Below are positions 55,763 to 63,905 of a stretch of 63,905 nucleotides of DNA, piece after piece. The translations under genes were made by a program, and so were the position numbers. Numbering within the stretch: the first letter of the stretch is position 1; each line of letters starts with the position of its first letter. This stretch comes from a virus (taxonomy: Duplodnaviria; Caudoviricetes): IMG/VR virus record IMGVR_UViG_3300023180_000052, positions 1-63,905 of that record. One strand, given 5' to 3'. The notes below the pieces were generated by a model. The model was not told where the DNA came from. It saw only the letters and a list, made by a program, of their open reading frames with translations, and made no database searches.

Positions 55763-58700
55763 ATGGCTATTCGAGGAGGCTATGCACCACCTGGGGTCTA
55801 CACCGAGACAGTATTCGAGTCTCCGACCCCTCAGAATAACTTTTCGGGGAGAATTCCTCTCCTCATTGGCTCAGGTACTGAGTCTTTTGCTCAAAACGGC
55901 TTAACTGTTGTCCGAGGGTCATCTGCTACGATAGATCAGCAGATCGTAGAAGAAGATGCAACAGGTCGGTCAGTCTTATTTCAGAACCCCGATGGGTCGT
56001 ACTCACTAGGCGACTTTGATGGTACTTCTAATGTCGTTAGGGTTCGTCAATGGCCTATCGTTAATGGTGACGGAACAGGCACTACTGCTACAACTGCCTC
56101 AGTAGTTACTGCTTCGATTAACGGACAGGCTACTGTTGTTCTAAGTATTAATGCGAAAGAGGGTCTTGTCACCCTAGCTTCATCTCCTGATGAGGGTGAT
56201 GATGTTCGCATTTCTTACTTCTTCAATCGTACTGACAACTTTGTAGATAGTGAAGATGTCTCAACTCAAGTTACTTCTGAGGAATCAGACCTCTATGCAA
56301 CTTTTGCTGATATGGCAATCACTCCTACTACAAGAACACTTGTCGCTACCATTGATGGCGTAGTTCATGTAATCGACTTGCCTATCAAGTCAGTTAATAC
56401 CACACGCACAGAGCACTTAGGCTTTATCGTGTCTAAGATCAATGCTCTTGAGATTGGTACTTTGGGTGCAAGCACCTACGTTGACCACAGAGGAAATACA
56501 AACCTCCTCTTGTCTGCAAGTGGGTCAATCTTAATCGGTGCAGGTACTGCTAACCCTCACATCGGTGTCTTTGAGGGCATGACAGGGACAGCTAGAAATA
56601 CTGTTTTCTACACAGCCCACAACCCGATTGTAGACGGTACTAATGGTGGTATCGTTACGTCAGAAGTATCTGACGTAGTTGTTAAAGTAGATGGTGTTGA
56701 GGTGACTCCTATTTCCCTCGACCCAACTACAGGTGCAGTCACTCTTGCCGTTGCTCCTCCTGTTGGTGCTGAAGTCACTATTTCTTATTACTTCAACTCG
56801 TTCAAAGACAACTTCGACTTTATCCCAAGTCGTGATGTTCTTTCTGTGAGCCGAGTTTCCCTTGTGCCTGAAGGTGGTGGTGACGCCGCTCGCTACTATG
56901 AGGGTGTTAGTTGGGTTCTCAAAGACGATAAGATTTATTGGGGTACTTTCGTAGATGCTTCTGTAGGAAATATCCAAGAGGGTCTTGTTAGCTTTGGACC
57001 GAATCAGATTACGACAGCCCTTAGAGATGAGCGTTTGTTCCTCGCTGAGTGTGCTAATGTGACGGACACTTCTGTAGTCCCACCTCGTACTCTCCCTAAT
57101 GTTTTCAAGCTACCTCATCAGCCTACTGACGGCACAGGTACAGCGACTGCGACAAGTAACCCTGCTCTCGTACAGGTCAGAGTTGGTACTAGCATTTCAG
57201 ATGCTCTTGAAAGATCAACCGTTGCTGTGACTCGTGTAAATCCTGCTGATAGTACGATTACTCTGAGTCAGCCTGTTCCTTTCGGAAGCAAGGTCTTTGC
57301 TACTTTCTACTACAATAACATTCAAGATGAGTTTGATATTGCAGGTGGTGGCTATGAGGTACAGGTTGCTTCTGTTGGTGGTTCAAATGTCGGTACTTAC
57401 ACCCTCTCTCGTTCGGGTCTTCCTCTCTTTGGAGCAACCTATGAGGGTAAGGGTTCAGACTTGTCTCTTACTGCGATCAACTTCCCATCAGGAAGCGAAG
57501 CACAGTCAGGTGTGAGTCTGAGTGCAGGTACTCCTGTTGAGGAAACAGTTACTGTTAAGTTTGCGAGCTTCGAGCCAACCCCTGCGATCTTTACTGCTCC
57601 AAAGGCGGCTCCTTACTCATTCTTAGAGACTACTTCAGACACCATTTCTGTGAACCTAGATAATGCAGGTGCTTTGAATGTAGAGCTTGTTAATCCTACA
57701 GGTCTAGGAAATAAGGGCTTGATGACTTATATGGTCAGCGAGCCACTTCCTTATACAGCTTCTTCTGACAATGCTAATCTCGGCACAGTTGATGGAGACT
57801 TGTTCCTTAAGATTGATGGCGTAGAAATGAGCATTGATCTTAGTGGTGGAAATGCAATCGCCAATGCGACAGCGGCTTTGATTGCGGCTGAGATTAACAC
57901 ACAGGCTAAGGCTATCGGTGCTTCGTACACAGCGATGACTCCGATTGGACCGTACACTGTGATTGCAGGTGAGAACGACCTTCTCACCTTCCACTATGAA
58001 GACAATACCCAAAACCTCGTTCCGATTACACTCACTTTAACCCCAGGTGAGTATTTAACAGCAGACGCTATTGCTACTGAGATCAATGCTCAGATTACTA
58101 TTGATGCTACTTTCGACCCTGCTACTCAGTTTGGTGCTTCTGCTGTAGACGGTAGACTCGTATTCACTCTGAAGTCACTTCTGGCAGGTGACTTTGGTTA
58201 TGTCGAGTTCATCGCCCAAGGCGACCCGACAGACGATTTCGCTCGTGTTGCAGGTATTGATGTAGGTGCTGATGGGGGAAGTCAGACTAAGTTCGGCATC
58301 TTGCCTATCGCATACTCAGTCGCAAACGATCTTTCAGCAGTTGTCGGAAATGACGCTAGTAAAGATCGCCTTATCCTCAGAAATAGAACTCTGATCGGTG
58401 AGTCATACTTCCCAACTACGACTCTCGGTATCGAGGTTATTGGTGGTAGCGTTCTCACTCAGCTTGGTCTTGAGGTAGAGGAAGTCATTTCTCCACGTCA
58501 AGCAGTTGTGGAAGCACCTTCACTCTTACTTCGTGCAGGTTGGAATGCTCAAGACGCTGTGTCAGGCTCTCCAAGTGTTACTTTCTATGACGGTACAGAT
58601 ACCAACTTCCCTGCCAATAATGTTCTTACTCTGAACATTAATGGTGACTCATATTCAGTCACTTTTGTAGGGTCAGCTCAAGGTACTTCTACTGTTCTTT

Positions 58701-60556
58701 ACACGACTGTACTTACAGCGATTAACACTCAGCTTACAGGGATTGCTACAGCAACGATTGAGGGAGCGAACCTCAGAATCACTCCGAACAGCTTCGATGA
58801 TGACAGCTTCATTTCTGTTCTTGATGGTTCAGCAAATGATCTGTTTGCTCTTACACAAGGTGCGTCCGTTACTTCAAGACCTGTTAGTGCAGACGCTCTA
58901 AGTTCTGCTTTCATGCAAGCAGGTGCTTGGGCTTCTGTTAAGTCGTTCTTAACTGACCCAGCTGCGGTAGCAGGCTCTTATAGAGCTGATGCTATTTCCT
59001 ACGTTACTGTTGATGGTGCGAATAGACGCTATGTCAACTTCGAGACTCTCTCAACAGGCACTCAGACTTCAATCGCCTTTACAGGTGGTGACGCTATTAC
59101 AACTGTCTCAACTAATCTTGGTATCAAGGTGAATGACGGGGCTGTTGGTGAGGCTTCTTATCAAGGCTTCTATGTCACCTCTACTCATGCTAGTGGTTCA
59201 GGTACTGCAAACACCTCGACTCTGAATGATGGTACAGGTGCAGACGGTGTTGTCGGTCAGACTTATGTGGATAGCGTAACGGGCTTGACCTTTACTATTC
59301 TCCCTAGAGAGGGTAGTCAGCCTTACCCAACTGGTGCGAACTCTACCCTTACTTTCAAGGTGGGTCGGGTTCTCACAGCGAATGCTAACATTCCTGTCAA
59401 TGCGATTGCAGGCGTTAGTCTGATCGTAGCGAACACAGTAGGTACTGAGGTTGGTGATACAGCACTTGTTGAGACTTTCCGAGCATCTGAAGTAGAGAGA
59501 GAGCCTTCAATCGGAACACCTTATTTCTTAAATGTGACTCGTAAAAAGGCTTCTTTCGCAACGGGCGTATTTAATCGTATTGCTGACGTAGTTGCGGCGT
59601 ATGGACCTATTTCTGTGGACAATCCACTTTCGTTAGGTGCTTATATCGCTTTCCTCAATGGTGCGAGTGTTATTGCTCTCAAGCAAATCTCTCTTGATGA
59701 GGGTCAATCTGAGCCAACTGAAGCTCAGATGGTTGACGCTCTTGTAGAGGTTGAGGGTGAGATCAGTTCGGGTCTTTCACCAAGCGTGATTGTACCTCTC
59801 TTGCCTGCAAGCTCAACGCTTCTTGCAGACATTTCTTTGCATTGCGATGTTCAGTCAAGTCTGAGGTATCGTTCAGAGCGTACTGCGATCTTGGGCTGTC
59901 CTGCTGGGACTTCACCTGAGCAAGCGGCAACTCTTGCAAGAAATGTAGGAAATAGCCGTGTTCGTCTTGTCTACCCTGACATCGTTAGTTTATCAGTAAC
60001 TAACACGAATGGTGTGACTAACAATCTTATTGTTGATGGTCGTTATCTTGCTGTGGCTCTTGCCTGTGCGACAACTTCTTCAACAGTTGATGTGGCTACT
60101 CCTTGGACTAATAGAAACCTTTTAGGCTTCAATGGTCTTTTGAGAACCCTAGACGCAGTAGACGCAAATAAGACTGCTTCAGCAGGTGTGACTATCCTAC
60201 AGCAACAGGGTGCTTTGATTAACATCAGACAGGGCTTGACTACTGACGTTAGCTCAATCCTTGCGAAGACTCCTACTGTGATTCAGATTGCAGACGAGGT
60301 ACACCTCAGAGCGAGAAACCTACTTGCAGGTTATATCGGTCAGAAATACCTCCCAAGCGTTGTAGGTCAAGTAGAGGGTCGTGTGAACATGATGTTCAAG
60401 GACTTAGTGAAGGAGCAGATCATTGATTCTTACACAGGTCTTTCGGTCATTCCTGACCCCGAAGACCCAACGAGCTTGCTTGTTGATGTGTACTACAAGC
60501 CGATCTTCCCACTTCTCTACATTCAGTTCACATTTAATGTGAGAAGCTCGATCTAA
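55763..60556 (+). CDS. Contractile tail sheath protein (1597 aa)
   Basis: YAPPGVYTE start; C-terminal sheath core RVRLVYP, AGVTIL, IRQGLTT, VYYKPIFPLLYIQFTF. Confidence 0.88.
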   Translation: MAIRGGYAPPGVYTETVFESPTPQNNFSGRIPLLIGSGTESFAQNGLTVVRGSSATIDQQIVEEDATGRSVLFQNPDGSYSLGDFDGTSNVVRVRQWPIVNGDGTGTTATTASVVTASINGQATVVLSINAKEGLVTLASSPDEGDDVRISYFFNRTDNFVDSEDVSTQVTSEESDLYATFADMAITPTTRTLVATIDGVVHVIDLPIKSVNTTRTEHLGFIVSKINALEIGTLGASTYVDHRGNTNLLLSASGSILIGAGTANPHIGVFEGMTGTARNTVFYTAHNPIVDGTNGGIVTSEVSDVVVKVDGVEVTPISLDPTTGAVTLAVAPPVGAEVTISYYFNSFKDNFDFIPSRDVLSVSRVSLVPEGGGDAARYYEGVSWVLKDDKIYWGTFVDASVGNIQEGLVSFGPNQITTALRDERLFLAECANVTDTSVVPPRTLPNVFKLPHQPTDGTGTATATSNPALVQVRVGTSISDALERSTVAVTRVNPADSTITLSQPVPFGSKVFATFYYNNIQDEFDIAGGGYEVQVASVGGSNVGTYTLSRSGLPLFGATYEGKGSDLSLTAINFPSGSEAQSGVSLSAGTPVEETVTVKFASFEPTPAIFTAPKAAPYSFLETTSDTISVNLDNAGALNVELVNPTGLGNKGLMTYMVSEPLPYTASSDNANLGTVDGDLFLKIDGVEMSIDLSGGNAIANATAALIAAEINTQAKAIGASYTAMTPIGPYTVIAGENDLLTFHYEDNTQNLVPITLTLTPGEYLTADAIATEINAQITIDATFDPATQFGASAVDGRLVFTLKSLLAGDFGYVEFIAQGDPTDDFARVAGIDVGADGGSQTKFGILPIAYSVANDLSAVVGNDASKDRLILRNRTLIGESYFPTTTLGIEVIGGSVLTQLGLEVEEVISPRQAVVEAPSLLLRAGWNAQDAVSGSPSVTFYDGTDTNFPANNVLTLNINGDSYSVTFVGSAQGTSTVLYTTVLTAINTQLTGIATATIEGANLRITPNSFDDDSFISVLDGSANDLFALTQGASVTSRPVSADALSSAFMQAGAWASVKSFLTDPAAVAGSYRADAISYVTVDGANRRYVNFETLSTGTQTSIAFTGGDAITTVSTNLGIKVNDGAVGEASYQGFYVTSTHASGSGTANTSTLNDGTGADGVVGQTYVDSVTGLTFTILPREGSQPYPTGANSTLTFKVGRVLTANANIPVNAIAGVSLIVANTVGTEVGDTALVETFRASEVEREPSIGTPYFLNVTRKKASFATGVFNRIADVVAAYGPISVDNPLSLGAYIAFLNGASVIALKQISLDEGQSEPTEAQMVDALVEVEGEISSGLSPSVIVPLLPASSTLLADISLHCDVQSSLRYRSERTAILGCPAGTSPEQAATLARNVGNSRVRLVYPDIVSLSVTNTNGVTNNLIVDGRYLAVALACATTSSTVDVATPWTNRNLLGFNGLLRTLDAVDANKTASAGVTILQQQGALINIRQGLTTDVSSILAKTPTVIQIADEVHLRARNLLAGYIGQKYLPSVVGQVEGRVNMMFKDLVKEQIIDSYTGLSVIPDPEDPTSLLVDVYYKPIFPLLYIQFTFNVRSSI

Positions 60557-61128
60557 TCCTTACGAACCCAATGGGTTCTGAGATCGAATTCTGAGCGAGT
60601 GACGGGGGCGTAGTGGAAGCCTGCTTCTATTGCGTCCCCGTCTTCATTTCTGCTCCCGTCAGCGTTGACTTTTTGGTTGTGGGTAGCCTTATTTCCACAT
60701 AGAGAAAACGTAGCTATTTCTTCTATGTTATCAGCCCATGCCATCATGTATGTACTGCCCTCAAAGGGATTGCCTTGAAAGTCAGTTCGGAGTCCGTAAG
60801 CATATACAGGGATTTTGAGTTGGTCAGCGATTTCTGTGAAATGTAAGACTTGCTCTTTAGAGAGAAATTGAGCTTCGTCTACGAAGATGACTTGGGGCTT
60901 GCTACTCATGTCAGAAATGATCGCATAAGCGTTGTCAGTCTTGGATAGTGAAATAGCTTTTTGAGTGAAGCCGACACGAGAAGCGACTTGATTGTCTCCA
61001 TCTCTTGATGAGGCGACTTCAGGGACAAAAATCTGAAATGGGATTTTGTATTCAGAGCAGGAGTAGGCTCTCATCAAGAGGTTGGCTGACTTACCTGCAT
61101 TGACTGTAGAATAGGTAAACTTTAACAT
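60553..61128 (-). CDS. tdk: Thymidine kinase
   Basis: YSTVNAGKS, VASRVG, FVDEAQFL, YGLRTDFQG. Confidence 0.93.
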   Translation of the reverse strand: MLKFTYSTVNAGKSANLLMRAYSCSEYKIPFQIFVPEVASSRDGDNQVASRVGFTQKAISLSKTDNAYAIISDMSSKPQVIFVDEAQFLSKEQVLHFTEIADQLKIPVYAYGLRTDFQGNPFEGSTYMMAWADNIEEIATFSLCGNKATHNQKVNADGSRNEDGDAIEAGFHYAPVTRSEFDLRTHWVRKD

Positions 61129-61772
61129 GGATAGTCCTGAGCGTAAGGTTTAAGAGTTTTGCGAATATCCTCTATGTACTTATTTACCTTACGAGTGTCC
61201 ATGCTTCGTCTGCGAGAAATGTGGCTGACTTTATACCCCTCCATGAGATCATCGAAAATGTCAACGAGGTGTTCTTTTAAGCTCTCTCTTGCTTGTTTTA
61301 GGAACAGCACATTTTCAGCATCTGGAGAAGTGCTACATTCAGCTATGATGTAGTCTTCATCTTCAACGCTTGACTCTTTCCCGTAGACCTCTCTCTCCTT
61401 TTTCTTAGACATCTTGTTTATGTAGTTAATCGTCACGCATTTTGACACCATGACAATGTAAGTGCTGAACGCTGACTTGGTTTCATCAAAAGGACACTTC
61501 CCTCTATTTCTGATGAGTATTCCTTTGTAGACTTCTTGGAGTACGTCTTGAGGGTCGCAGTTTTTTTCGAGGCACATATGAGCACAATGCTTCATAAAGA
61601 GCTTCTTCACTTCTTCGTGCTTGAGATTTAGGTTTATTCCTTTTGGTTTTAAGTTGTTTACCTTTAATTTCGTGGTCTTTTTAAAGTTAAATTTAAGTTC
61701 GCAAAGTTCAATCACACCAACTTGCCACTTTTTCAGCACTTTGTTGGGTAAATTCTGATATGAGTACGTCAA
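61122..61772 (-). CDS. Phage sigma-70 family factor
   Basis: Region-2-like DVLQEVYKG..FDETKSAFSTY; C-terminal HTH-like; AAAGGAGG before TTG 61772. Confidence 0.72.
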   Translation of the reverse strand: MTYSYQNLPNKVLKKWQVGVIELCELKFNFKKTTKLKVNNLKPKGINLNLKHEEVKKLFMKHCAHMCLEKNCDPQDVLQEVYKGILIRNRGKCPFDETKSAFSTYIVMVSKCVTINYINKMSKKKEREVYGKESSVEDEDYIIAECSTSPDAENVLFLKQARESLKEHLVDIFDDLMEGYKVSHISRRRSMDTRKVNKYIEDIRKTLKPYAQDYPC

Positions 61773-61822
61773 GACATACCCTCCTTTAGATAATTGAAGA
61801 GTTATTTCATTTATTGCTGACA

Positions 61823-62806
61823 ATGAAAGGAAGTCAAGTGGAAGTTTCCAAACTAATAAAGACTCTTGGAGAGTTAGAGAAGAAAGGGGTCTTTAACCCC
61901 ACAAAAATGATCTCAACTCATGGGCTAGAGAAAGTAAGCGAGGCTATAGAATCTTATCTTGTAGGAGTGTCTTATGGGATACCCGAAGACGTTTGTTTGA
62001 GTGTTCTTGAAAAGCTTTCCTCACCCCAAACGAATAACTATTTCTTAGGTGACGAGGAGGTACATAACCTCCTGTTAAAGTACTCAAGAGTGGCTCATGG
62101 TCGAGAGGGTTATCTCTACATGAACGTGAGAGATATTTGCAAGCTCGCTTGCGTAGAAGCCAATCAAACAAATACCTCAGAAATAGCTAAAAACCTAGAG
62201 AGGCAAGGGTATGTTAGCACTTCTGTAGCCGACCCCACGAAATTCACAAGAACAAGGGTGAAGCAGTTTCATTTCGACTTGTCCTGCTTACCTGACCTGT
62301 CTTCTTTATGGTCTTACTTAGGGGAGCTAAAGGACTCTGCGACCTTACCTATCAAGGTTTCAGACTTTCTCGATGGTACTGAGGACAACTATAACTTAAG
62401 GTTTAAAAAAGAGGACTTTGCTCTTGTTGTTCCAAAAGAGTGCCTACTGCATTTCCGAACTTACTTGTGTGACTTTGTAGAGGCTATTTATGAGGAGGAC
62501 TCGTCTTCTTCTTATATGTATTTAGAGAATACAGGGTTTAATCGCTTCCTACTTTCACAAGTGCTTTGTAAGGCATTTCCTAGAGTGAGTCTAAGAGACT
62601 TGGTGGCTCGCTCCTCTAAGAACATACCTCCAAAAGAAGTGACACCTATAGTGGACTATATAAGAGAGAGACTCCGAGCGACTCAGGTAAATCAAGGCAT
62701 CTTTAATGCTAAGTGGAACTTGATTGACTCAAATATTTCGGGGTATGTCTACTTACTTTCTTATATGTACCTAGAGTATTACCTAGAAGAAAATCCGATT
62801 ACATAG
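61823..62806 (+). CDS. Hypothetical protein
   Basis: Long ORF divergent from the sigma gene; start uncertain. Confidence 0.6.
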   Translation: MKGSQVEVSKLIKTLGELEKKGVFNPTKMISTHGLEKVSEAIESYLVGVSYGIPEDVCLSVLEKLSSPQTNNYFLGDEEVHNLLLKYSRVAHGREGYLYMNVRDICKLACVEANQTNTSEIAKNLERQGYVSTSVADPTKFTRTRVKQFHFDLSCLPDLSSLWSYLGELKDSATLPIKVSDFLDGTEDNYNLRFKKEDFALVVPKECLLHFRTYLCDFVEAIYEEDSSSSYMYLENTGFNRFLLSQVLCKAFPRVSLRDLVARSSKNIPPKEVTPIVDYIRERLRATQVNQGIFNAKWNLIDSNISGYVYLLSYMYLEYYLEENPIT

Positions 62807-62818
62807 AGAGGAGAGGAA

Positions 62819-63580
62819 ATGTTAAGTTTAATAATCTCGCTTGCTTTAACTACACCACAACAATGCTTTTTAGAAAAACTTGAGTGGGCGAGTCACATTG
62901 AGATCACTAAGCCTTTTAACTTGAACACCACCTACAGAGGTACAAGTAGGAGATTTGTTAAGAGGCTGTATGAAGAGGTGATTAAGAAAGAGGGCGAGGC
63001 TGACCCTCGTTATTTCGCATTGGCTTGGATGGAGAGCAGGTTGCGACCTCGCCCCCCTATTGGAGATCGGGGTAAAGCGTGTGGGATATATCAAATTCAT
63101 GCTCGCCACACTTACCCTATGTTTCGTAGGAAAGGGGGGTATGTTGGTTGGGACGAGAAAGACCCTAAGAGCAAGCGAATCATTAGAGGAGAGTGTGGTA
63201 AGTTAAGAACGACACCTTATGCTGTCGATACTTTATCTCGCTTATTAAACATACTAGATGATAAAGGTCTACCTCCTTGTCATCACAATAGTGGCGTATA
63301 CGGGAAATGTAATCCTTGGTATGCCGAAAGAGTTGACTTTTGGGTCGGCTACTTCACAATCGCAAAAATCTTATGCTCTGAAAAGGTGATAACTACTATG
63401 GCTATGATGAAAACAGGAAACCCCGTAGCGTCTGCTCCTACAGACAAGGTACAAGGCTATTTAGACTTTATGGCAGGGAAAGACCCTCAAAAGAAAGAAG
63501 ATGATGTCTATATGTCAGGGTACTCCCTCGCAGAAAAAGTTAAGAGTGGTGAGGAGACAGCTCCTGTATGGGCAATATAG
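62819..63580 (+). CDS. Lytic transglycosylase-like protein with signal or anchor peptide
   Basis: ALAWMESR catalytic Glu motif and ACGIYQI; hydrophobic N-terminus. Confidence 0.65.
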   Translation: MLSLIISLALTTPQQCFLEKLEWASHIEITKPFNLNTTYRGTSRRFVKRLYEEVIKKEGEADPRYFALAWMESRLRPRPPIGDRGKACGIYQIHARHTYPMFRRKGGYVGWDEKDPKSKRIIRGECGKLRTTPYAVDTLSRLLNILDDKGLPPCHHNSGVYGKCNPWYAERVDFWVGYFTIAKILCSEKVITTMAMMKTGNPVASAPTDKVQGYLDFMAGKDPQKKEDDVYMSGYSLAEKVKSGEETAPVWAI

Positions 63581-63905
63581 GTTCATGGTTGACGGAGGGA
63601 TTTGGCGATCTCTCAAAAGACCATCAGACTTACCTCTTAAAAAGAGGTGTCGATGAAAAAACGTCTGTGTCATTTCATACATGGACAACACCTAAAAGTC
63701 CCTGCCCCTGCCCTCGCTTCAAAGCTAACTTTGGAGACAATGGCTTTAAGCTAAGGGGTCAACTTGTGACACCTATATACTCACCAAGAGGTGCGATTTT
63801 AGGTATGGAAGCTCGGTCTTTTTCTGAGGACGGGTCAAAGCGAGTGCTTCAATATCGCACTAATAATGCTCAATGGAATCCCTATTTCTTGGGGGCTGAG
63901 AAAGC
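63568..63905 (+). CDS. Probable DnaG-type primase, 5' part (cut by window end)
   Basis: Hand translation open to the end: YLLKRG, LVTPIYSPRGAILGMEAR; GAGGAG RBS. Confidence 0.6.
   Translation, partial: MGNIGSWLTEGFGDLSKDHQTYLLKRGVDEKTSVSFHTWTTPKSPCPCPRFKANFGDNGFKLRGQLVTPIYSPRGAILGMEARSFSEDGSKRVLQYRTNNAQWNPYFLGAEK

Noticed and set aside
1-63905. Stop-codon reassignment
   Set aside because: Conserved genes are full length in the standard code and end in TAA, TAG or TGA
1-63905. tRNA, rRNA, reverse transcriptase or DGR
   Set aside because: No cloverleaf, rRNA-like or RT motif noticed by eye and intergenic gaps are short; a tRNAscan/Infernal run would be needed to exclude them
1-63905. Cellular or eukaryotic-virus origin
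   Set aside because: Terminase, portal, HK97-type head genes, sheath, Shine-Dalgarno sites and a sigma factor indicate a bacteriophage

Overview
This window is a segment of a large tailed dsDNA bacteriophage genome (myovirus, probably jumbo-sized). It uses the standard code and is densely coding, mostly on the + strand. It carries a head-assembly cluster: large terminase with a LAGLIDADG intein in Walker A, portal, prohead protease, scaffold-like protein, decoration-like protein and major capsid. It also has a 1597-aa contractile tail sheath, replication genes (RecD2-like helicase, SSB-like protein, partial primase), nucleotide genes (RNR beta, ThyX, dCMP deaminase, thymidine kinase), PIN-PhoH, type II glutamine synthetase, a sigma factor, a class III cyclase operon and a free-standing LAGLIDADG endonuclease. 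The most striking unexplained structure is a set of short peptide tags shared by otherwise unrelated proteins: an N-terminal leader M(R/K)RLASEVLRDLEIRVARLE, a LIRxAY(E/D)xPxLRxxxLP motif, and RVA-x-x-Y or (K/R)-x-A-S junctions that separate the domains of polyprotein-like ORFs. The leader travels with a duplicated promoter-RBS DNA cassette, and a recurrent TA(A/G)-N4-T(T/C)TAT motif precedes many of these genes. I infer a modular late-expression, capsid-targeting and proteolytic-processing system for virion cargo. All family calls come from motif recognition by eye; no searches were run.
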